This document shows positions 1 through 10,721 of a stretch of DNA of 64,000 nucleotides, piece after piece. A program made the position numbers and the translations under genes. Source of the DNA: Azolla caroliniana (Eukaryota > Plantae > Polypodiophyta); assembly GCA_043228905.1 (NCBI GenBank), contig JBHGNT010000012.1, positions 620,001-684,000 on the forward strand, read 5' to 3'. The notes under the pieces were generated by a model. It ran no database searches, had not been told where the DNA came from, and worked only from the letters and a program-made list of their open reading frames with translations. How positions within the stretch are numbered: the stretch's first letter is position 1; every line of letters starts with the position of its first letter.

Positions 1-734
1 CACGCATCCACTAAAGTTACGCCATTTTATGCTTATACGGGATGTCACCCCCGGTGGAGTGTACTTGAAACCCCATAGGTGTCCACAAATCCGTGCGCGG
101 AGGATCGTTTGGAGCGGTTACGCAAGATACAAGTGGATTTATCTACTCATCTCCAGCAAGCTCAACAAACACACAAGGTCTACGCGGATCGTCATCGACT
201 TCCATCCAGTTTTAATATTGGAGATCGGGTGTGGCTGCTACGACGACACATCAAGACTACTCGCCCATGTGAGAAGTTGGTTTATCGACGATTAGGTCCT
301 TTCCGTATTATTGGACAACTTAATGATGTCACTTTTCATCTCGATCTACCTCCTCAACTTCGGATACATCCAGTGTTTCATAGTTCTCTCCTCGAACCCT
401 ACCACGAGAGCACCATCCCAGGACGTCTTATCCAACCTCCACCCCCGATCGAGCTTGAAGATGGGCCGGAGTACGAGGTTGCCGCCATCCTTGACTCCAA
501 GATTGTTCGCAACAAGCTCTACTATCTAGTCGATTGACTCCAAGATTGTTCGCAACAAGCTCTACTATCTAGTCGATTGGCTAGGCTATAGTCCCAACGA
601 ACGTACTTGGGAACCGATCGAGAATGTGACCAATGCTCGTGCTCTTCTTGAAGACTTCCATCGTCAATATCCACACAAACCGGGTCCTCAATCCAAGACG
701 ACTTGTGACACTTGTCGTTTTAAAGGGAGGATAG
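1..734 (+). mobile_element. Ty3/gypsy chromovirus pol 3' end (integrase C-terminus plus chromodomain), inactivated
   Basis: Reads TPFYAYTG...GDRVWL...KL.YRRLGPFRI...IHPVFHSSLLEP, then chromodomain [35 protein letters not shown]. In-frame stop at 76-78. A 43-bp tandem duplication (491-533/534-576) frameshifts the chromodomain. Polypurine tract AAAGGGAGGATAG at 722-734. Confidence 0.93.
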
Positions 735-1170
735 TGTCATGATATGGCAAGACTCGAACCCATGACCTTAGGTTATATGGGTCGAGCTCTTGACCATTAG
801 ATCATCTATTGTAATACGTAAAATATTATTTTCATTTACATTTTATTACAGGAAATTAGTGTATATTCCAGATTTCTCTGGAATATTCTAGAAGCTTCAG
901 GATTACTCCTGAAAACACTATAAAAGAGGGCACTAGGCATTATGTTGAACCAAATTGGTTCAATGCTAGTCTTAAGCCTTTTAGCCACCATTGTATATTC
1001 TCTTCACATAATACATATCTTTCTTATCATCACTCTCTCCCTTTCTCGATCTCTCTCTTTCTCTCCATCTCGCTCACTTCTTCTTTCTCTCAAAGAAGTT
1101 CTACAGCTCTCATAGTACTAATCCTTCGTTTAGTACTAATTCCTTCTCTGTCTTAGTACTGTTCCTGACA
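735..1170 (+). mobile_element. 3' LTR of the chromovirus element (436 bp)
   Basis: Starts TGTCA directly after the PPT and ends TGACA (inverted termini). Internal TATAAAA near 919. Confidence 0.85.
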
Positions 1171-1251
1171 CATACACGCTAAAAATTGTAGAAATTTAAT
1201 CTTGAATTAGCCACTCTCTTTATAAGAAATGGTGTGTGTAACATATGCAAG

Positions 1252-1323
1252 TCAACACTCATGACCCACCGAATGGCTAAGATATATTTCGCACTCATGG
1301 CCTTCGTGATGATTGGCATTCAT
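1252..1323 (-). pseudogene. 5' stub of a TIR gene copy (copy E)
   Basis: Translates MNANHHEGHECEIYLSHSVGHEC*, matching MDEDLDGHECQIFLSHSG of the intact copy. Preceded by the same TATA/W-box block (about 1370-1430) as the intact genes. Confidence 0.8.
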
Positions 1324-1369
1324 GACGAGAGGAGGTAAGGCAAAGGTAGAAATTGTGTTAAGAACGTTG

Positions 1370-2760
1370 TAGTAGGTAGTGTGCATTATTTATATATTGG
1401 AGGAAACACATGAACAAGTTGACCAAGTCTCTAAGAGAACAACCTATGAATGTGTGGATAGGACAAGCTATCACATGGCTTTTTCTATTCTGCATTGACA
1501 TTTCTTTTCATTAAGGGTGGACAATGGCATGTGCCCTTGACTTGAGAAAATGGGCAAATATTTTTTTTAAAAACACTCCAACATATTTCCAAAGAATGTC
1601 ATTATGCACACTATGGTAGCATTGAAGTGGAGATATTGTGCACCCAATGGAATTTATGACCTAAACATTATTAAGCAATTACACATTAAACTCAATACTT
1701 TAGACACTCAACCTTTATGTGGGATGAAAGTGACAAATTTAACTTATACACCATCACAAATCAACAACTCATAATGCTCCAAAGGCTATGACAGTCATCA
1801 ACATGCATCTAATTTCTGTCTCCCCTTTTCAGCAACCTCTCAAAGACTCTTATGGAAATATTATCACCCCTAGTCCTTGCCCTGACCATCTCTTTTGTAT
1901 ATAACACTCTTTGATGGTACATTTTGTAGCCTTTCGGCGTTTTTCTTAATTTACTAATGAAGGAAATCTTTTGAGAAAAAAAAAATCAACATCTAATAAT
2001 GTTGTCTCCTATGGGAAACAATACTTTCGAAATGATGAACTTGCATAGCTATCATTATTTGAGAATATTTTCTATGGACAACTATGGATCAATTTAAGTT
2101 TTGATTTTCTTCCAACATTGTTTTCATACAACATGCTTTTTGCAATAGAGATAATTTATCTTCCTCTCTGACCTTTGGGCCCACACTCTCTTATGACTTT
2201 CACACAATGTGCCAAGTGATGTGTTTAGGTTCATAACTGAATCCTTATCTAATTACATTATTTTTAGATGTGAAAAGGAAATGTTTTAACACCATGCTTA
2301 AAAAACTATTGTCCTCCGTTTACCAATTGACTATGATAACTTCATTGAATGACCTTGTCACATGATAGATGCTTTGCCATTTTCGCTATAAATCCTTTGG
2401 CATCCACTTGTTTCCAAACCAATTAATTTTACTTCCACTTTAAAACATTGGGTGAGAATAGTCAAAGAATGTCATACATTGAGAGAATGTGTGAGGTGTG
2501 CACTATATGGAGCTAAGACTTGTACAATGGATGGCCTCACAACTATTGTAAAGCCATCCATTGTAGCAATATTAACACGAGTCAATATGAATATTTGTAT
2601 TCGGTAAGAATAGTCAAATGAATGTTATACATTGGCTAAATGTGTGAGAATGCATTATATAGAGCTACGATAATCCATGGTAGAAACGTTAACACGATTA
2701 TATGTGGGAATTAGATGATTTCCGAGCCAAAAAATAATTGGTTTGATTAGGGCAAAGTTG
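1370..2760. repeat. Copy of the array's upstream promoter-bearing module
   Basis: Collinear similarity with 12480-13600, 14330-15300 and 19660-20400 (ACATG..AAGTTGAC, AATTTTACTTCCAC.TT.AAAACATT, GAATGT.ATACATTG). Confidence 0.7.
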
Positions 2761-2884
2761 TTTGAGTTGCACACAAGGATGTCATGCAAAACACAATCTA
2801 ACAAGTAAGATTTTATTATAGCTAGTTATTAAGGTTTATATAGAATCATTTAGAGAAAGAAAAATGTAGAAAATGTAGAAATGT

Positions 2885-3837
2885 AGTAATACACTCAATA
2901 CAATTATTCTACATATACAAATCCATGCAAGGATATATATATATATATATATATATAACACAATTTTTATATTACATATCTAGCATTGTTTTGTTATATA
3001 TGTATAGTATAATGAAAATATATGACTTTGGAGTGGTGGAGCTAGAAAGGATGTCTTCCATGGGATGGAGGATCCCATTGGATAGCGCAATTGAATGTTA
3101 TCATTGTGTATGTGCATTAAAAGTGGTAATATATTCGCATATTGAGCACTGATTACTCGTATATGTACCTTGAAACAACAACGAACCATGTGTGTAGTGC
3201 ACATGCGTGGCCCACAATTAATCATAACTTATAAGTTGTCAAAAACCAAAAGGATAGATATGTCATGAAATTGTCGGGTGTGGGGTTTGTAGGGTTTATG
3301 TGGAGGCCAACAATGTAAGAAAATGTAAAGAATGAAAACCATAAACGTGATTTTGATGGATGACCGGCGATCGCTGGTAAAGTAGATTGGCCATCAATGG
3401 GGTCCTCTTGTTTTCTTGACCAGAAATTGGCTTCCTCGGAATTTTCCTCTAGAGCCAACAACGTAACGAAGCTCGTGCCATTTGCTTCGATTCGTCCTGC
3501 CTCATCTTACCTCTAGTGTAATCTGCTCATCACAAGCAGTTGCAGGTGGAAACCCTACACCCTAGCTCTCATCGCAGGCTTACTTGCTTTCTTACAACTT
3601 GGATGTTGTAATTATCGGCTAGCTATTTGTGTGCTTGCCGCATACAATCCTAGTGAACTACGCCAAGCTTGTGGCACATTTATGCAGAGATTTGAGCAAA
3701 TGAGTTTCTTTTAATTACAGTGTAGAAAATTCAAATTGGGAATAAGTATCTTTTTATAATAATAATAAAAAGATTTGACCTTAAGCCCATGACATCAAAG
3801 AAGGCCGAATGATTCGAAGAGGATCTAATGATAATCA
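2885..3837. repeat. Segmental duplicate of 9365-10325 (3' flank of TIR gene B); continues at 7145-8092
   Basis: Near-identical text, e.g. GTAATACACTCAATACAA and GGCCGAATGATTCGAAGAGGATCTAATGATA, in both places. Confidence 0.9.
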
Positions 3838-3933
3838 TGTTGTGTAAGGTTGTCCCTCCTTATGGGGGAGGCGGCTGGAAAGCCGAAATCGGTCGAAAAG
3901 CCAAAACGAGACTCGGTCGAATGGAAGAATATA

Positions 3934-3998
<65 letters not shown>

Positions 3999-6900
3999 AA
4001 GAAATATATATATATATATATTAACGTCTTCTAAGGCCAAAATTGGCCCATGAGACAAATGGTTTACAAAAAAATGGGATATTTACCTTCATCGAAAGTA
4101 AAAATAAAAATAAGATAAAAATAGAGTTTAAGCTAAATAGTTCTAAGAAAATAACAAAACGGTTCTATATAAAAACATGTTCTACAATGAAAATGATGTT
4201 AAACTAGGCCTAATTTCATTTCCATCCAAGTCTCTTGAAGAGAAGCGGGAGGTCAAAGGGTTGTGATGTGGATGTGGCCCATGGTCCCAATGTAAAAGAT
4301 ACCCCAACCATAGCTTCTAGTCGACGTAACTCACGTTCCGTTATCTTCTTAATCTTTTCTACTCCATGTCGACTTGTTTTGAAGCCCAACATCCGAGGGC
4401 GTTTGGTTGTTCTTTGCATTTCTACTTCCTCAAGGGAGAGGCCGAGCGGCGTAAGTGTATCCACATTCATCGTCTCCCCTTGTTCTTGAAAAATTACACT
4501 AGTTACATGTTGATGAATAGTAAAAGGGTTATGGTTAACACTTTGTAATTTATGCTCCCTATATTGTTTTAGTTCTAAGATATACCTACCTAGTCTCTTT
4601 ACACTCGGGGTATCTAATAGTTTGGAGAGGGTGGGAGAGGGTCCTAATATGTCTTGGTATTCCGCCCATATCTCGGCATAAGTTGGGCACTTGCATGTGA
4701 AGTGATACTCATCCTCTATCTCTATATGGCATAACCTACATAGCCTTTCCTCTCTAGGGACTCTATTAGCCCGCCCATTCTCAATCTCAAGTTGGTGAGA
4801 TGATATCCTAAGTTGTCCAATGGCCACCCTTAGTGCATTTGATAAGAATGTATCTAGATATCTTGGTCATGTAATAAAATCTAACTTAAAGAAGTGCAAG
4901 AAGTGCAAGAAGTGCAAGAAGTGTTCCTTATAGTACAACATTTTCGATGGGAGTGGCTCTCGTGGGGTGATCCATTTATATCGAGTGTAAATTTGCCATA
5001 TTTCTTGGTGTATCACTTTATTACGGTCTTCATGAGAGATTAGAGTTTGACCAGTCCCATGGTTGTACTTAAGGGGAGGTAGGTTATTAATGTCTATGTC
5101 ATTTGCAAGTAACCAACTCACCACAATGCTATACCACGAGCTAGTGCCTCCAGATGCATGTAGGGATCGGGATGCCTCAAAGGCTCGATGGGATATCCTA
5201 TCTTGTGGTTGACTATGTATTCGATGAATAAAAACTAACACTTGAAAGAGTGCTTCTACTAACATCGAGGGTAGATTGAACTCTGCTCTAATAATGTCAT
5301 GTGGTACTGTCGATTTGCTTCGAAGTTGAAGTGATAACATCATTACCGAAGGTCTCTCTAATTGCATCCACATGAAAGATGGTAGACCTGGAGCCCATAC
5401 TACTAATGCATACATGAGGGAAGGGGTCACTAATGAGTTGAAGAGCCATCCCTTAGTCCGTGGCTCTTAAAAGTATGCCTGGTGGCATTCTCTCTCTAAG
5501 AGTGAGAGGGATGCATACCCTCTCGTTAGCCTATATTTGGTTGCCTGGGTCATCGAGAATTTACTTGAGCGAGCACTAAAAGTGACTTCCAAGTATACAT
5601 ATGATCCCACGACCTCAACTAGTTTATGAGAGAGGATTAGGTGACATTTACTCCTAACTCGGGACGATGTATGAAAGATAAGGACTTTAGTTTTTGTTAG
5701 ATTCACTACTAGTCCTCGTTGTGTACAAAAGTCATCTAGGTCATTAAGATGCTTTTGTAGGTCGTGTTCCAACTCCGAGACCAAGACAATGTCGTTTGCG
5801 TAGAGTAAGAGACTAACTTGCGTATCCCCAATAGCTACTCCCTTGCCTCCCTTATGAGCAATAAAATCAGTGATATCATCAATGTAGATCCCAAAAAGAG
5901 TCTGTGATAGGGGGAAACCATGTTTTACACCAATGGTGCTAGTGAAACAATCAGATAGGCCACCTGGGCATCTTACGCACCTAGAGACTTGTTCATATAA
6001 GGCATAAATGGCCCAAATCATGTCATTTGGTATCTCCAAGCTCTTAAGTCTATCAAACAACCTCTCCCTAGGAACTGTGTCAAAGGCTTTACGGAAGTCC
6101 ACAAAGCAACAATATAGTTTCTTCTTACGAGCCTTCATCTGGTCAATTAAGCACCTAAGTGTGAAGATATGGTCAATAGTGGAGAAGGCTCGTCTAAAGC
6201 CAGCCTGCTTAGGTGCTTGAAGGCTTAATGTTTCCATATAATCACTGAGCTCCGCGTCCAATACTGCACCATATAGTTTAGCGAGCGTATGACCTATCAT
6301 AATGGTCCTATATGTATTTGGGTCCATTGGGTCCCCTCCTTTATGTATAGGGGCCACTGTGTTCATGGCCCATTGTGGTGGAAAACCCTCGGCGAGGGCG
6401 CGGTTGAAAATTAGAGTGAGAAGGGGGGCTAGGCATTCTCGAGCATATATGATGTGCTCTCGGCTCGCAATCCTGTGTGATCCATGGATTTCCTATGTTG
6501 TATTTTTTTTTTATGACCTTCGTGACCCTAGAGGTCGTGAAAAGTGTCCCCATAGTAGGTCAAGGTGTGGAAGGCATTGGAATGGGTGATTGGTCCAGGA
6601 CATGGTAGAGAGAGAGAGATATATAGGTAATATAGTGTGTGAATGACCTATGCACATATGCAGAAGAAAAATTGAGAGAGAGAGAGAGAGAGCGACGTTG
6701 AGAGCTGAGGAAGCGCGAGAAGAAGAATAGTGAGAGTGAGCGCCAAGCAGAGAAGAACAGAGAGCTGAAATAGCGTAGACTGTGTGAGAGACATAGCTCG
6801 GTGACTAGAGTGTGAGAGGAAGCAAGAAAAGAGAGTGAAACAAGCAAGACAAGTGAGATAGAATAGAGAAGCTCTAAAAGCTTCATAAGAGGTAGATACA

Positions 6901-7144
6901 AACGAGTTACGGTTTGGTGCACTTGGCTAAAACTATGGTTTCAGACAACAACCTAGGAGTACATCCCTACCCAATCAAGTTTTATCATTCTATGCTTTGT
7001 ATTTTTCTTGTCTCATAGTGGAAATCGTTGTGCACCGTGGTTTTTCCCTGGAATCAGGGTTTTCCACGTAAATCGTGTGTTGCTTGGTTTATTTTGTTGC
7101 GACTCAGTATATCTGTGGGTTACGTCTAAGTGCAAAATCTATCA
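3838..7144 (+). mobile_element. Solo LTR interrupted by a LINE
   Basis: Absent from the paralogous empty site at about 10320. Termini TGTTG...TATCA. 5-bp TSD AATCA at 3833-3837 and 7145-7149. The end motif GTGGTTTTTCCC...TTTCCACGTAAA is shared with the solo LTR at 25763-26509. Confidence 0.82.
3928..6567 (-). mobile_element. 5'-truncated non-LTR retrotransposon (LINE) with a degraded reverse transcriptase ORF
   Basis: RT motifs PIHKGGD..YRTI, QAGFR, CFVDFRKAFDTV, GVKHGFPLS and LLYANDIVL (YADD mutated). C-terminal RLCRLC..EDEYHF..CPTY. Split into ORFs 5467-6366, 4867-5430 and 4216-4827. Microsatellite 3' tail at about 3930-4020. Tentative TSD TGGAAG (3922-3927/6568-6573). Confidence 0.88.
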
Positions 7145-7637
7145 AATCAAAGAAAAAGTGGAGGGATCAAAGAGTTGTCGAACCTCAACTTATTATAAAC
7201 AACGTGCTGATTTTGAATATGGCTGCCAGGTAATCGTCAATGCTTTAATAACAAATCGTGTGTTTCAGAACCATTCTTGTATAATAAGACCTTATTATAA
7301 AAGTTCATGTGAAACGTATAACAGTCGAAAATTGTGAAACACAATTTTGACATGAATATGAAAGGCAGACAAATCCACTCACTGGTGGATAAGAAAACAC
7401 TTGGCCTGGCACAACCTTTAAATCATGACTTCAAGGTTCGGTTCGGTTCGGTTCGGTTCGGTTCGGTTTGAGCATAAATATAAATGAAAATGAAAACATA
7501 AATATTTGACAATACAACATCTAACTGGATCCAATGTGTCCCCTGATCTTAGGAACATCAACGAAATTTGGTGCAATTAATGATGGGATATTTTCTGGCC
7601 GTGGGTGGATCCAATGTGTCCCATGATCTTCGAAACA

Positions 7638-8092
7638 TCAACGAAATTTGGTGCAATTAATGATGGGATATTTTCCGGCCGTGGGTGGATCATCAGTAGT
7701 GAATGCAAAACACCCAGCGGAACCTGGTCCAGTGTAGATAGCCAAGGGTGTGGTAAACCCCGAGTCTCAATCCTCCCACACTTTGATGAGTTCATCTTCG
7801 GTCAATAAGTAACAAGGTCCTCCCTTATAGCGACCATGCCTTCGATATCCTCATCGGATGGAGGCATATAATCCTCCTTTAATACCTTGTAATTTTCCGA
7901 AAATAAAGGATCACTCATTCGTTGTTCTAAGATATCGATCTTGAAGAAGTATGGTGACAAGCACACATAAGCTTGGGGGATCCAATCCTCCTTCACACGC
8001 CAACAATTGTGGTCGTCCTGATAAAGGACACTTCCGTGGTCGGTCCAAATGAGCTCCCACCATTCATTTCCGGCCTCAATGGGTACTGAGTT
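7638..8092 (-). pseudogene. Truncated exon-2 copy of TIR gene B (copy C)
   Basis: Highly similar to 10722-11177. A 1-bp deletion near 7805 creates a TGA at 7802-7804. Homology stops at about 8092 with no TIR exon. An 80-bp tandem duplication (7527-7606/7607-7686) repeats the stop region. Confidence 0.9.
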
Positions 8093-8329
8093 CTTCCTCC
8101 TAGTTTACTTCTTATTTCCTAACTATTTCTTTGTAATCATCTCTTGCATTCACCATTGTAATAACTTATTGTAAACCCTATTTAAAAAAGGGGGATATTT
8201 GGTATTAATGGGTGTTGCCTTGATTCAAGGGTTGTTGTATTAAGCACTGGTATTAATCCTATTCTCCTTGTGTATTCATGTTGAGTAGAGGGGGAGAGAG
8301 TGATGAGGTCAGTTCTTGGTGTTGAAGAC

Positions 8330-8550
8330 AAGGTTTCCTCAAATCATGATTCCTCGAACCAAGGTTTTGGTGAATGATAATTCCTCGAACCACGATTAGT
8401 CAAAGCAACATTTCTTTGAATCATTATTCCTCGAACTAAGGTTTTCACGAATCACAATTCCTCAAACCACTATTCGTCCAAGAAACATTTCTTTGAATCA
8501 TGATTCCCCAAATCACGATTTCTCGAGCCAAGTTTCCTTGAACTAGGTTT
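8330..8550. repeat. Degenerate tandem repeat (unit about 15 bp, ATTCCTCGAACCACG) inside an LTR-like relic that replaces the 5' part of copy C
   Basis: More than ten imperfect TTCCTCGAAC-type units, with a longer higher-order period. Confidence 0.6.
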
Positions 8551-8869
8551 CATAACGAGATTCATGAGGGCTATCCACAAAGGGTTCTATGTCATCTCAC
8601 TCGATATCATATCCTCCCTAGTCCATGTCCCCCTTGTCCCGCTCGAGTAGCACATGCACTATGCACACACATGCACATTTACCTAACAACGTCGCTATGA
8701 CCGTTGATACACATACTGCTTACGTATTGTTGTTGTGCGACACAATTAGTGATGCAAAATAGACGTTGCATAGGGAAATGTTTACATGCATTGCAAATTG
8801 ATTGAATTTTTTAAGTATAATTGTACATCAATACCCCAATGTGCCTTCGCTCTCAAAGAGCCTTAACAC

Positions 8870-9130
8870 TTCTTTGAACTTACTCATACGAGTTAGGAAC
8901 TGAGGTGGCATCATCACCTAAATATGAAGACATGCAAGGTATGGAATGAAAATGTAGTGAAGGATGAACATCACTTACTTACCACATACTCAACAGATAA
9001 GGTAATTTGAGAATAATATGATGACTTGTAGATGAGAATGATTATAATGTAAATGTCATACTTCAATGTACACCAAGATAGTGACCAAGCAAATGTGCTT
9101 GCAGTATTTTCTCATAGAGAATTTGTATTG
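8870..9130 (+). mobile_element. Highly decayed LINE 3'-end relic
   Basis: Fragments SYELGTEV and VKDEHHLL...VI*E*YDD resemble the SHQLEIE...EDEYHF...IWAEYQD tail of the LINE at 4216-4827. Confidence 0.4.
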
Positions 9131-10721
9131 TAGAACAATAACTCCTCTTCTAAGTAGGTAGTCACTCCTCGTGGATGATAAAACATCTAGTCTATTTTGT
9201 ACACTAATTGAGATTGACACAATGCAATGGTCAAGGAATATGGCGCTTGCGGGTGGGCATGGCCATATCCTTGTGAGCTTGTTCAATAGATTTTTTGGAA
9301 TAAAAATAAAATAGATTTTTTGGTAATGTGTTATGTGCACATTTATTGCCTTATAAATGGCTAGAGTAATACACTCAATACAACTATTCTACTATATATA
9401 CAAATCCATGCAAGGATATATATATATATATATAATATACAAATAGTATCTTGCATTGCATTGTAGTTGAATAGTTGTACTAAATATGTTATAAATTATA
9501 ATGAAAATATATGATTTTCAAGTGGTGAAGCTAGAAAGGATGTCTTCCATTGGATGGTGGATCCCATGATCATTCCAAATGAGCTATTGAATGCTATCTT
9601 TGTGTATGTGCATTGAAAGTGGTAGTATATTCGCATATCGAGCACTTATTATTCATATACCTTGACTCTTGAGACAATGACCCACAATTAATCATATGTT
9701 GTCGAAAAACCAAAAGGATAGATATGTCATGAAATTGTCGGGGTGTGGGGTTTGTAGGGTTTATGTGGAGGCCAAAAATGTAAGAAAATGTAAAAGTGAT
9801 AACCATAAAGATGATTTGATGGATGACCGGCGATCGCCGGTAAAGTAGATTGGCCATCAATGAGGCCCTCTTGTTTTTTCTTGACCAGAAACAGCCGCTA
9901 AACCATTTCGTTTTCCTCCTGATATTCCTGCAGACCCATCGTAACGAAGCGCGCGCCATTTGCTTCGATTCGCCATGCCGCGTCTTACCTCCTGTGTAAT
10001 CTGCTCTTCACAGCAGTTGCATGTGGAAACCCTAAACCCTGGCTCTCATCGCAGGCTTACTTACTTTCTTACTTACACCTTGGATGTTGTAATTATCGTC
10101 TAGCTATTTGCGTGCTTCCCGCTCTTATAATCCTGGTGAACTACGCCAAGCTTGTGGCACATTTGTGCAGAGATTTGAGCAGATTAGTTCCTTTTAATTA
10201 CAGTGTAGAAATTTCAAATCGGGAATAAGTATCTGTTTATAATAATAATAATAATAAGATTTGACCTTAAGACCATGACATCAAAGAAGGCCGAATGATT
10301 CGAAGAGGATCTAATGATAAATCAGAGAAAAAGTGGAGGGATCAAAGAGCTCTCGAACCTCAACTTATTATAAACAACTTGCTGATTTTTGAATGTGGTT
10401 GCCAGGTAATCGTCAATGCTTTAATAACAAATCGTGTGTTTCAGAACCATTCTTGTATAATAAGACCTTATTATAAAAGTACATTTGAAACTCATAACAG
10501 TCAAAAATTGTGAAACACAATTCTGACATGAATATGAAAGACAAAGACAAAACCCACTCGCTGGTGGATAAGAAAACACTTGGCCTGGAACCGATAAACC
10601 TTTAAACCATGACTTAACGGTTCGGTTCGGTTTGAGCATAAATATAAATGAAAATGAAAACATAAATATTTGACAATACAACATACAACTGGATCCAATC
10701 TGTCCCCTGATCTTCGAAACA

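Noticed and set aside
3825-4058. ORFs with CVCVCV/ERERER runs
   Set aside because: Translations of GT/GA/TA microsatellites at the LINE tail.
8330-8550. Repeat cluster superficially like a CRISPR array
   Set aside because: Degenerate adjacent units without unique spacers, no cas genes, eukaryotic context.
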